The notes under the pieces: generated by a model
The model's database searches: none
What the model was told of the DNA's origin: nothing
Seen by the model: the letters and a program-made list of their open reading frames with translations, nothing else
Program-made: the position numbers and the translations under genes
Part shown: positions 1-26,311 of the stretch, in pieces
Layout of the letters: each line of letters starts with the position of its first letter
How positions within the stretch are numbered: position 1 is the stretch's first letter
NCBI RefSeq assembly: GCF_009914755.1
Contig: NC_060934.1
Length of the DNA stretch: 64,000 nt
Reading direction: 5' to 3' (one strand)
From: the human T2T-CHM13v2.0 reference genome, Homo sapiens

Positions 1-84
1 TCCTTAAGTTTTTCTTTTAATGTTTTTAGATAAACTGTATCCCCTCTGTTCTCAGTTAATAATTTTACTTCATGCTTCATTTTT

Positions 85-356
<272 letters not shown>

Positions 357-778
357 TTAGCCATGCATGGTGGCACACACCTGTAATCCCAGCTACTGGG
401 GAGGCTGAGGCAGGAGAATCACTCCTGGGAGGCGGAGGTTGCAATGAGCCGAGACTGGGCCACTGCACTCCAGCCTGGGCAACAAGAGCAAAAGTCCATC
501 TAAAAAAAAAAAAAAAAAAAAAAAAGCAAGCAGTAATTGGCTTCAAATCCCCACATTTTCTCCATAAGTAAACTACACAACTACTTTTATATGACCATCT
601 TTTCTCTTTCCTACTTGTTAAAATGGAGCAAGCATCCTTCCTTCCCATGGACAGTTTCTGTATTTGGGCTCTGAATTCCATTCCTCCTTCATCTTCTCAA
701 GGAACTTCATCGATACAGTCAATCTATCTACATCACCTATTGTCTTTCTATTTCATATTTTTATGTATGTCACTTTGA

Positions 779-1117
<339 letters not shown>

Positions 1118-1303
1118 TCAGGCAGGCTGAGGCAGGAGAAGTGCTTGAACCTGGGAGGGAAAGGTTGCACTGAGCCAAGATCCTAACATTGCACTCCAGC
1201 CTGGGCAACAGAGGGAGACTCTGTCTCAAAAAAAAAAAAAAAGAAAAAGAAAGAAAAGAAAATTAAATGTTCTCCCTATTAAAATTAATGTATTTACCTA
1301 GAC

Positions 1304-1492
1304 CAAGCTTGTCCAACCCACAGCCCACAGGCCGCATGCGACCCAGGACGGCTTTGAATGTGGCCCAATACAAATTTGTAAACTTTCTTAAAACATTATG
1401 AGGTATGTATAATTTTTTTGTTTTTTGCTCATCAGCTATCATTAGTGTATTTTACGTGTGGCCCAAGAAAGCCAAAAGATTGGACACCCCTG
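1304..1492 (-). mobile_element. MER30-like hAT-Charlie DNA transposon
   Basis: Ends caagcttgtccaa / ttggacacccctg; degenerate 8-bp TSD acctagac/acccacac. Confidence 0.8.
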
Positions 1493-1537
1493 ACCCACAC
1501 CTTTCCTGAGCTTCAGTCTTTTTGTTTGTTTGTTTGA

Positions 1538-1652
<115 letters not shown>

Positions 1653-1873
1653 TAGCTGGGATTACAGGCACCCGCCACCACGCCCAGCTAATTTTTTTGT
1701 ATTTTTAGTAGAGACGGTGTTTCACCATGTTGGTCAGGCTGGTCTCGAACCCCTAACCTCATGATCCACCTGCCTCAGCCTCCCAAAGTTCTGGGATTAT
1801 AGGCGTGAGCCACCACGCCCGGCCTCTTCAGTCTTGTATATCTACCTGCCTACCTCACATATCCACTTGGATG

Positions 1874-2854
<981 letters not shown>

Positions 2855-2996
2855 GATGTTGGCTGGGCACAGTGGCTCACACCTGTAATCCCAGCACTTT
2901 GGGAAGCTGAAGAGGGTGGATCACCTGAGGTCAGAAGTTTGAAACCAGTCTGGCCAACATGGTGAAACCCTGTCTCTACTAAAAATACAAAAATTA

Positions 2997-3158
<162 letters not shown>

Positions 3159-3167
3159 TCATTTGTA

Positions 3168-3921
<754 letters not shown>

Positions 3922-3928
3922 ATGCCTC

Positions 3929-4703
<775 letters not shown>

Positions 4704-4753
4704 GTGCCCAAGATAGAACTTTTCATTTTCCATACAAATTAGCTCCTTCCTAT

Positions 4754-5517
4754 TGTTACCAGGGGGTCTTTGTTCTTAGAGCTCCCAAGATGGTGGCAGG
4801 CCACTTCCAAGATGGCGGCAAGCCTTTTGTTCTCTGACCTGGGGTTCTTGGCCTCACGGATTCCAAGGAATGGAACCTTGGGCCATGCAGTGAGTGTTAT
4901 AGCTCTATTAGAAGCCGTGGGTCACAGAAGAGAACCGTGGAACCCAGCAACTAGTGTTCAGCTCGATTAGGACGAACCCTGGGCACTTAGCCATGCAGGA
5001 ACAATGGCGAGCCTCTAGCCCGATTGGGAGCAGCAATGGGCGCCTCGCTGGATCAGGAGCACAGTGGACACCCTGATGGATCCAGAGGGGTGGAAGTCAG
5101 CGGCGGGTCTGTGATGGCAGCAAACAGCGGTGGTGGACGGTGAGTGAAAGCTCAGCTCAAGCTGTAACAAACATGGACCAGAAGAGTGTGCAGTTGCAAG
5201 ATTTAATAGAGTGAAAACAGAGCTCCCATACAATGGGAGGGGACCCAAAGGGGGTTGCCACTCCCTGCTCGAATGCCTGGGTTTATATCCTGATCATTGT
5301 CCCTCCCCCTGTGCTCTCAGGCGATATATGATTTGACTATTTCTTTACCTTCTGCTTCTAGCCTAATTTGTATTTTAGTGAGCCCTCTTTACTACCTGAT
5401 TAGTCGGGTGTGAACTGAGTTACAAGCCCTGTGTTTAAATGTGGGTGTGGTCACCTTCCCCAGCTAGGTTTAGGAATTCTTAGTTGGCCTAGGAAATCCA
5501 GCTAGTCCTGTCTCTCA
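4754..5517 (-). mobile_element. HERV-W (LTR17) solo LTR
   Basis: Minus strand begins TGAGAGACAGGACTAGCTGGATTTCCTAGGCC and ends ...GGTAACA; 4-bp TSD CTAT on both sides; TATA-like box ~5282-5288; ATTAAA at 5202-5207. Confidence 0.9.
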
Positions 5518-7179
5518 CTATCTTGTCCACTTGGTTGTTTACTTTTTTATTTTTTTATTTTTAGAGACAGAGTCTCTCTGTGTCACCCAGGCTGGAATGC
5601 AGTGGTGTGATTGGTCTCAGCTCACTGCAACCTCTGCCTTCCAGGTTCAAGCAATTCTCCTGCCTCAGTCTCCCCAGTAGCTGGGATTACAGGCACGCGC
5701 CACCACACTTGGCTACGTTTTAGTGCTTTTAGTAGAGATGAAGTTTCACCACGTTGGCCAGACCAGTCTCAAACTCCTGGCCTCAAGTGATCTGCTCTCC
5801 TTGACCTCCCAAAGAGCTGGGATTACAGGGGTGAGCCAGTGTGCTAGGCCACTTGGTTGTTTAAATACGAGATTTGATTCTTCCATTTTCTGTATGCTTT
5901 ACTGCCATTCCATCACTAACTCCTCTCAACCTGATGCCCAAAAATATATCTTGAATATATCTACTTCTCTTCCAAAGTTTCCGGCACATGGTAGAAACAT
6001 GATAACTATGTAATGAGTGGATGCATGACCCAATCTTCCCTACTTCCATTCCAGTCTGAGCGCCCATAATTAGTCAATCAACTAGCTTGTCTTGGTTCTT
6101 TTTCCTTAGGCCTTCCACAATCTATTCTTCACATTACAGGGAAATTAATCTTTTCAAAACTGTAAATTAAAGCAGATTATTCTCTAGCTTAATATCCTTT
6201 ACTTATTTCCCAATGCACTTTGAGTAAAATTCAAATGTTTCATTGTGCACTGCAAGGACACCTATGTTTTGGAAGTTTCCTATCTCTCTGGTATCTTCTT
6301 TTGCATCTCTCTGAAATGCTGCAGCTCCCGCCACCCGACCTCCCCGCCTTTAGAGTTGAGGCATAAGACATTTCCTTTGTCGAGAAGGGTCTTTGTTTAA
6401 CTGGCATTTTAAGGTTTAATCTTAAAGATTACGCCCTTAGCCAGGTGCGGTAGCTCATGCCTATAATCCCATCAGTTTGTGAGGTCCAGGAGGGCGGATC
6501 ATTGAGCTCCATTGAGCTCAGCAGTTCAAGATCAGCATAGGCAACATGGCGAAACCCCATCTCTACAAAAAATACAAAAATTAACCTGGCCTGAGCACTT
6601 GTAGTTCCTAGCTACTTAAGAGACTGAGGTGTGAGGATCGCCTGGGGCAGGGGGCGGGCAGAGGGAGGTTGCAGTGAGTGGAGATTGCGTCAGCAAGACA
6701 CTTTCTCAAAAAAAATCACGCCCCCCATGAAAGGCTTTCCTTTACCACCCAACTCCACCTTGGTTACTCTATCACAGCTCCCTATGTGTTCCCTTTCCAG
6801 CATAAATCACAACTATTTGTCAGTGAATTCCATGACAGAACGAACCTAGCTTTTGTTTGGCACATAATTGTTAAATGAATGCAGTATTATATTTGGCTAG
6901 ACCAAAATTGTTTCCCTATCAGTTTGTGAGCAACTTGAGGGCAGAGCCCTAAATCATTCGAGTGTGCTGACCTCTAGGGGGGTTAGTCCAGTGCATGGTC
7001 TAGAATTGCTCAAATCGGCCTTTTGAAAAAATGAATCATGTACAATGATAAAGGTGTGGACAGGACCACAAGTAACGGTGTAACGATTAGCAGATTTAAG
7101 GAAAAGTCAGTCTAAAAGGAAACGTGAGAAGCTAATTGCAGAAGACAGCCATTTCAAGTCTTCAACAGCAAGGCTGTAC

Positions 7180-7920
7180 CTCCTCACGTGACTTCAGTGT
7201 AGACTTTAAGAACCTAAACTAACGCTTCTCGCGAGAGGAAAGATTGACCGCTCGCAAGCGTACATCAGCTGGTGCCCCGCCTTCCCTGGGCCCCACCCAC
7301 TGCCTGTCCTCATTCCCACCTTGAACCAGCCTTTTGCGCGTGTGACGTCATGGCGCCGTGCGTGGCCTCGGCGGTGGCGCAGGGGGCGGGCCCGCGGCGC
7401 GGCGCCGGAGGAGGAAGTGGTGAGGTTGTTGCTCCTTCAGCGCCTATCGCTGGCTCTTGGGGCGCAGAGAGGGGCCGCAGTCTCCGCGGCTGCGTCGAGC
7501 TCCCTTGCAGTCCCCTCCATGTTCCCCGGCGCCACTACTCCCCTTCCTAAGGCCGCCGCTTACCCCGGGGTCTATGGAAGTAATGGAAGGACCCCTCAAC
7601 CTGGTGAGTGTCCCACAGAATATAGCGTTCGTCTTGGGTGCCTTTGCCTCAGGAGCCCGGCCCCGTCCCCGGCGCGTCGGCTAACCCTTTAGGCTGGGAG
7701 GTTGGTTTGGCAGGAGTGGTCGCAGAGGCTGTGAGGGGCTGCTAGGCAGGCCCTGGCCCAACTGCGGCTCCAGGCCAGCCACTTCAGACTTTGCCCTCCT
7801 GGGGGATCCCCGGGAAGTCCTGGCGCCCCCTGTCGCGGGGCCCCGGGCGAGGGGATGCCACCACCTGGGGCTGCCACCTCCTCTCTGGCTGGGGGAAGTC
7901 CTCTTAGCGCCACGTAGCCA
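7180..7920 (+). promoter_or_regulatory. NRBF2: NRBF2 CpG-island promoter and 5' UTR
   Basis: High GC/CpG. TCACGTGAC (7184-7192), TCTCGCGAGA (7227-7236), CRE TGACGTCA (7343-7350), GC box GGGGGCGGG (7382-7390), ETS AGGAAGTG (7412-7419); no obvious TATA. Confidence 0.9.
7574..7603 (+). CDS. NRBF2: NRBF2 coding exon 1 (MEVMEGPLNL)
   Basis: ATG at 7574 in the CpG island, 10 codons, donor CTG|GTGAGT at 7604; matches the recalled NRBF2 N-terminus. Confidence 0.96.
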
Positions 7921-8046
7921 CCTCCCTACAGCCTGGAGAGGCACTGAAGCCGGCCAAGGCAGAAATGGTGTGATACTGGTTTTAAGTTCTAGCAGCAGGG
8001 TCTGAGTCTGAGTCGCCCCGCTTTGGAGAGGTGGAGGAGTGAATAG

Positions 8047-8155
8047 CCTCCTCACCCTCCACTTCCCCCTCCTCACCCTTCACTTCCCCCTCCTCACCCT
8101 CCACTTCCCCCTCCTCACCCTCCACTTCCCCCTCCTCACCCTCCACTTCCCCCTC
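8047..8155. repeat. 21-bp minisatellite (CCTCCTCACCCTCCACTTCCC) x ~5.2
   Basis: Five tandem copies with one C>T difference in copy 2. Confidence 0.95.
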
Positions 8156-8905
8156 ATTTCTCACATACATTCACATGCATAAACTGAGTCTACCGTCTTC
8201 CAAATATATTAGAGACAGCTGGGAAAAAGACAGCCGTTCCTGTATTTAGCTCAGATTCATCAATTTAGGCATCATGAAAGTGTAATAGGTGTTTGCTGTT
8301 CTCAGGAAAATGGCTGATAGCCTGTTTACTTGTGTTTTAAGGCGTTTCAGGTGTTGCAATTAAAAAACAACACAACAGAACCCCACTAACAACGGGAAGC
8401 ATGAGTTCTTTTCAGACTGGCCGTTGCATCTTTTAGTTTTCCAGAGAGGTTACCCATTTTGGATGTAAAAGTCAGATTACTTAAGGTTGCACACAGGAAG
8501 AACTTTTGAGTCACAGGTTTGCAATTCATTTGCGATGGTGGAATTGAAAGAAAGCTCTATAGAGGATTCTTTTCTCACATTAGAACTCTGAGTCCTAGAA
8601 GAGCAGTAGAGTCAGGTGGTTTAAGACTCTAGGTTTTGAAGCTATGCTGCTTGGATTTGAATTCTAACCTCGTCACTTGATATCTGTGTTACCTTGGGCA
8701 AACTACTTGGCTTCACTCGGCTTCAGGTTTTTTGGGAGGATTAAAGGAGTAAATAGGTGTAAAGCACTTAGAACTGTACTAAGTACATAGTACAGTGTAA
8801 GAGTTAGCGATTATAACCAGACCATAAGCCCTTAATTTAAAATCTATTTGTAGAATAAAGGTTTGGACTTGAGCTTTAAAAGCCTAAGATTCTCGGACCA
8901 AATCA

Positions 8906-19627
<10,722 letters not shown>

Positions 19628-20329
19628 ACTTAAAGCTCTTTTGAAATTATTAAAGTGTAAGGAGGCCAGTGACTGCTTATTTAATAAGTTTTCCTTCAAT
19701 TACATTATTTGCTGTTAGAACTTCTGATTTTTTTGACTTTGTTCTTTTGATGAGATATCTTTAAAACAATCTTTGTAATATTAGATGTTGGTATCATGAA
19801 TTCATCAACTGCAATGTCCAAATTTTTTATTTTAAAAACAAATAGTAACTTTAATGTTGAAAGAATGAGATGATAGAAGAGAAGCTTGGATTTTACTACA
19901 TGATGAGTGATTTCCTGATTATAGTTTTTAGACTATACAGATTAGTGAAAGTATCTACAAAATAGCTCTTGTTTTGAAAGGAGCTTGTTAAAAATCAAGA
20001 AAATAGACATTTTGAATAACAATCTATGATTGTAACTCTTGGTTTATCTCCAAAGAGTGGAAGAATGTGAGTCACTGAAGGAGTTAAGTGCCTGGTGTTA
20101 ACCTTGAGAGGGCTTATGGTAGAAGTGAAAGAAGTTGCCAGTTCCTTTCAGATGCTGCAGTTCTAGGCTCTACCCATTACATTTCCCCAGCTACAGATAG
20201 AGCTGTAATAGTGATTTGATATGTGGCAACAAAACAGTATTATTTATCTTCTTAAAAGGTAGTTGCTTTTTGAAAGAAATCATGTTTTATTTTATGATCC
20301 AGAGGAACTTAGGGATGTTTGTCTTCTAG

Positions 20330-20414
20330 GCTCATCAACAGAGCAGACGAGCAGACCGTTTATTAGCTGCAGGCAAATACGAAGAGGCTATTTCTTGTCA
20401 CAAAAAGGCTGCAG
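20330..20414 (+). CDS. NRBF2: NRBF2 exon 2 (AHQQSRRADRLLAAGKYEEAISCHKKAA), MIT-like domain
   Basis: Acceptor tttgtcttctag|G, 85 nt, donor CAG|GTGAGT; phase 0 to 1, consistent with both neighbours. Confidence 0.96.
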
Positions 20415-21116
20415 GTGAGTATTCTTATTAAGTACTCAGTGTAAAACTGAAGAGCAGAAAGTCACAATAGTAATAATGTGTGTTGCTTTTCATATGCAAG
20501 ACTGATACTGCTGACCCACCAGAATATCAGCTTTGATTATTTTTCAAGTAAGTGTGTTGGATTTCCCAGCTCCTGCTAATCCAATCTTCTTTCTAAATCA
20601 TGAAGATGGCATAAATGTGGTAAACAGTTCCTGGATACAGCTCTCTGAGCCCAAAGATCCCTAAAAACAGGAGCTGATTGTAACAAGTCTGCCATTTTAT
20701 CTTAGTTATTATAAAAAGGAGTTTGGGTTTCAAATAGTTGGCCATTTCAGGTTCTAAAAATAGTAATTCAATTCAATTCCAACCAATTCATTTTCACTGA
20801 GCTTCTGTTTTCTAACATGCTGATAATGCAAAACTTACTATAAGACTTTTGTTACCTAAAATGTGGGAGATTTTTCCTGTGGTCTTTTTTTTAGCTTCCC
20901 TTCTGAATATCTCATCTCTACATGCATGCCTGTAGTAACATGCTGATGTTAGCTTTCATTTCAGTATGAATTTTAGAATTGTTAGCTTCTTATCAAAGAC
21001 CTAATTTTACCCTAGTCAGTCAAGCAACCTAGCATATGTTGAATTCAGAAATAGATCTTGGGGGCCTGTTTTGCTTAGACCAGTTTCTGTTGGCTGAGTA
21101 ACCAAAAAACTTTGGG

Positions 21117-21160
21117 TCCTCGTTAGTGTAGTGGTAAGTATAAAAATAAAAATAAAAAAA
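21117..21160 (+). pseudogene. Retroposed 5' fragment (25 nt) of tRNA-Asp(GTC) with an A-rich tail
   Basis: TCCTCGTTAGTGTAGTGGTAAGTAT versus recalled tRNA-Asp TCCTCGTTAGTATAGTGGTGAGTAT (23/25); tail 21142-21160; flanking repeats aaaaaactttggg/aaaaatctttggg. Confidence 0.8.
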
Positions 21161-21732
21161 TTTAAAAATCTTTGGGTAAAGGATGTTTTACTCATGCCTC
21201 ATCCAAAATGAGTGCAAGTCACCTTTCTTAGGGCAAACCCTGAAGTCTTCTGCTGGCAGGCATGTTCCTTTCCCTCTAGGCCAGTATGATGATCAGAGCC
21301 ATATTCTTTCTTGACAGAGGCTGCCCCTCCCTTGTTATTTTACTTGTGAAATACAGACTGCAAGGTGGGCAGTAGATTGGATAAGTCTTCTTACTACAGT
21401 GGTTTTTGCCTGGAAGTTGGTAATTTTCAGAGAAAATTAAAATTTTTTTTTTTTTTTGGAGATGGAGTCTTGCTCTGTCGCCCAGGCTGGAGTGCAGTGG
21501 CACCGTCTCAGCTCACTGCAACTTCCCGCCTCCTGGTTTCAAGTGGTTCTCCTGCCTCAGCCTCCCGAGTAGCTGGGACTACAGGTGTGTGCCACCACCC
21601 CCGGCTTGTATTTTTGTAGAGACAGGGTTTCTCCATGTTGGCCAGGCTGGTCTCGAACTCCTGACCCCATGATTGACCCGCCTTGGCCTCCCAAAGCGCT
21701 GGGATTACAGGCGTTAGCCACTGCTCTCAGCC

Positions 21733-21891
21733 TTTTTTTTTTTTTTTTTTTAAGTTCTGGGGTACATGTGTAGAATGTGCATGTTTGTTACATAGGTATA
21801 CACGTGCCATGGTGGTTTGCTGCACCCATCAACCTGTTGTCTACATTAGGTATTTCTCCTAATGCTATCCCTCCCCTAGCCTCCCACCCCC
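21733..21891 (-). mobile_element. L1PA 3'-end fragment abutting an Alu
   Basis: Poly-T followed by aagttctggggtacatgtg...atttctcctaatgctatccctcccc. Confidence 0.8.
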
Positions 21892-23218
21892 GCTTTTTTT
21901 AAAAAAGAAATAGTTTTGCCACTCAAGTGTACTGGAGTTATCTGCTGTAGGGCCAAGCATACAGTAGATATTCCATAAATCTTTGGGTGTTTTTATGGTG
22001 AGAGGGCTTTGTACAGTATTAAACATGTCAACTAGTGCTCTTTAAATCTTTCCTAAACCATATTTTGTTATGAATCAGATTGTTAAATCTGTAGTCACTA
22101 CAAAGACGATGTACCATGTTTAACTATTTAAGAAAACCATGTTTTATATGGATTCCCTAGTGAAACAATACCTTATGTAACCCAAAATGGTCATGGTTAC
22201 ATATATATAACATATGTTAAGTGGAGTGAATCAGCATATGTTAGGCACTGAGCTATGGGATGTTATGAATATATAAAGAGAAGGAAATTTTAGTTGTAAC
22301 CTAATCCTTGTCTTTGAAGACTTAAAACTGATGTTGGGCTTCAGTTAACCACTCCCCACTCCAGAAAAATACGGCAAACTGTTAGATCACATTAGCTTAA
22401 ATTATAGAGACAGAACTTAATGTGATTAGTAAATCCCACTGAGTTGATTGGGTTTCCAACTTGTGTTTTAGAATGGAGTTGAAAGTTGACGTGGTTGAAA
22501 TGAGCTCACTTTTTGAAATTGACTTGCATCTCTAGGGCTTATAACTGGTCTTGGAAGGTATGGGTTAGGTGTATTCTGAAAGGAAGCAACTTATTATTTG
22601 GAAATCATTTTAGAGATGTGACAAGGAAAGATCAACATCTGAGAAAGACTAATAGGAAGGAAAGGCTGAACTGAGAGAATTTAAGGGCAAACAGAGGGGA
22701 CCTGGGTGTCCACCTGTCAAAGATCAGAGGAGATTCTGAGACTAAAAAACTTACCGTGAGATTACCTAGCTAAGGACTTTATAGCCTCTTTGTAGTGTTT
22801 GTATTGTAAATGTGCTGAAATAAGTTGCTTGATGTCTCTTGCCTTTTGAGGAAAGGTAGGATCTACTCTTGAGGTGGACAATGGCTGAATTAAATGAAAC
22901 TGAGCATGTGAGCATTCATTTGCCAGATAAGCACATCCCTAAGTGAATTTCTCTTCTTTCATACACAACAAAAGAACAAAACCTGAAATAAGTTAATAGC
23001 CATTGGCAGTGCTTAGAACTCAAAGTGAGCATTTCAGAAGATGAGCAGGCCCCAGAGTACACAGTATTTGGATGGATTTGATGAATATTTTGTTTGAAAA
23101 CAAATCTTAACCTAAGCCTTTTGAAACTGGTAACATGAAAATGATTCTATCCTTATTCAGAGGCAGTATATTGCTGCACTTTGTATGCGTTGGGACCAGT
23201 TTAACAGATTCCTGTTAG

Positions 23219-23551
<333 letters not shown>

Positions 23552-24006
23552 TAATATCTACTTTAAATTTTAGCCTCGTGTCATAATTAAAGGAAGTAGT
23601 TTAACGAGGATTGTTAGCAGTTTTTGAGATACTCTGTTTCTAAATTTCTGTGTTGCTATACTTTTGTTTCTATTGTGAGTCTGTGGAAGAAATCCATGAA
23701 CATGGAATCAGATTTAAAATAATTTTTTTCTTTAAAAATAACTTTAAAATGCCCCACTTATAAGATTTAAATGTGGGGAATACTTTAAATGACAGTATGA
23801 TTCTTGTTGAATTCTTTGTGCTTTGGGATATCCTTCTGTAACCTCCTTTGTCATATACAATTTCAAGGTTCTACAAAGGGTGGCATTTCAGTTGGCTAAA
23901 GCTTGGTTTTGTGAAAACTATTGTTTGTTAAGAAAGTGGATTTAAAGCAAACTATAGTTCAAACAGGGAGACAAATATATGCAGGCAAGATGGAAGAGAT
24001 GTCTAA

Positions 24007-24339
<333 letters not shown>

Positions 24340-24693
24340 TAGGATTACAGGTGTGAGCCACCACACCCGGCCGTCTTCACAGATTTAAACATGAACAAAA
24401 GGAAAAGAAATAGTATGCAGCTGTACAGACATACTACAGGAAAAAAAGACAAGGGTTGTGGGAAGGATGTAATTATGGTAAGCATAGCTGGAGCAAAGAC
24501 TGTATAACCAACTCTGTTTTTTCTTTCCTTTTTTTTTTTTAAATTCTTTTTAAATTGATACAGGGTCCCGCTATGTTACCCAGTCTACTCTTGAACTCCT
24601 GGGCTCAGGCAGTCCTCCTGTTTGGCCTCCCAAAGTGCTAGCCACTGCGCCTGGCTCCAACTCTTCTTTTTCTTGGAAAGGGAGCATCTAATT

Positions 24694-25207
24694 CAGCAGT
24701 CCCAACCTTTTTGCTGCCAGGGACTGGTTTTGTGGAAGTCAATTTTCCATAGACCTGGGGTCAGGAAAATGGTTTTTGGATGATTCAAGCACATTACATT
24801 TATTGTACACTTTATATTTTACAATGTAATAATAGAAATAAATAATTATACAACTCAACATAATGTAGAATCAGTGGGAGCCCTGAGCTTGTTTTCCTGC
24901 AGCTAGACAGTCTCATCTAGGGGTGATGGGAGACAGCGACAGATCATCAGGTATTAGATTATCATAAGGAGAGTGCAACCTAGATCCCTTGCTTGTGCAG
25001 TTTGCAGTAGGGTTTGTGCTATGAGAAGCTAATGCCGCTGCTGATCTGATGGGAGGCAGAACTCAGGCGGTAATGCAAGCAATGGGGAGTGGCTGTAAAT
25101 ACAGATGAAACTTCACTGGCTTGCCTGCTGCTCACTTCCTGCTGTCTGTGTGGCCCAGTTCCTAACAAGACATAGACCAGTACCGGCCTGGGGGTTTGGG
25201 ACCCCTG
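24694..25207 (+). mobile_element. MER1A-like hAT-Charlie element
   Basis: Ends cagcagtcccaacc / ggtttgggacccctg; 8-bp TSD atctaatt/atataatt. Confidence 0.8.
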
Positions 25208-26270
25208 ATATAATTGTATCTTAAAGACTGTGGTAGAACCTAGCAGGCAAGAACTCTTAAGTTATGACATCAAAGCATTAAATTATTTGGATTAAGACTG
25301 GACAGAAAGCAATGCCTCGTAGTATCTGCAAAAGGGCAAAAGAGGAACTTAATGTAGGTATGAGAGATGCCAAAAATGTTTATAACAAGCAAGATAAAAA
25401 TGGAGATTCATTATGGACAATTCATTGATAATAGAGAACTTATTTATACCTAACCTTGTTCCCGAAAGGTTATAAAATGTCTTACAGATGAATGTACAAT
25501 AAAATATCGAATGTAATTAAAGATACATAGATAAGGACATCCATAGAGAAAATGAGAAAGGACTAGTAGTGTAGTTCACAAAATGTACCATTAGTTCTTG
25601 CATATTTTTTTAAGAACTTGACTTAAGTTTTCTAGCAGTCATCCTAAAGAGGAAAGATAATAATTTTTACATTGGCTATTAAAATTCAAACAAATAGTCA
25701 CCGAGGATCTAAGATCAGAGAGAAGTTTATTGAAGGTCTTCATAAATGACATTATACTGTCCTCAGTAACTTCCTCGCAGTAAATATGTCAACAAGTTCT
25801 TAGGGCTTTTAACCATAAGGCTGATGGTTTAACTCAGAGACAATTCATTAAAAGTGATTCTATAGGAGTCCAAAATGATAGATTCCAGGTATTCAGACGG
25901 ATAAAAAGTCATTGATAATCTCATGATATTTTTGTGAGTATGATGAGTAATAGGGTTTGGATAGGTTCTTGTTTGATTTTTATCTTTCCTAAACCTATTT
26001 TTCTGATTAGACCATCTTCAGTTTCTGAATTATAAAATCTGTAGGAGTTTTAAATAACAAAACCTTCAAGATAGGGTAGGGAATATTTTCATTTTATTGC
26101 CACTGACATCCTTTTGGGGGAAGTTAAGAATTCTTTTAAAAAATCCCCAATTGTATCAGAGTTATCAGACCAGTTCTCTTTGTCATATGAAGATTATTAA
26201 AACTCTTCCTTTTACCTGTTAATTACAAAATGAAGACACATATTAACATGCCTATTTTTTCTCTTAACAG

Positions 26271-26311
26271 CATATCTTTCTGAAGCCATGAAGCTGACAC
26301 AGTCAGAGCAG
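26271..26311 (+). CDS. NRBF2: NRBF2 exon 3 (AYLSEAMKLTQSEQ)
   Basis: Acceptor ttttttctcttaacag, 41 nt, donor CAG|GTGAGA; phase 1 to 0. Confidence 0.95.

Noticed and set aside
8047-8155. Tandem repeat as a CRISPR-like array
   Set aside because: No spacers, and eukaryotic context
7982-8170. ORF with (EGEVEGE)n repeats resembling RPGR ORF15
   Set aside because: It is just the 21-bp minisatellite read on the minus strand
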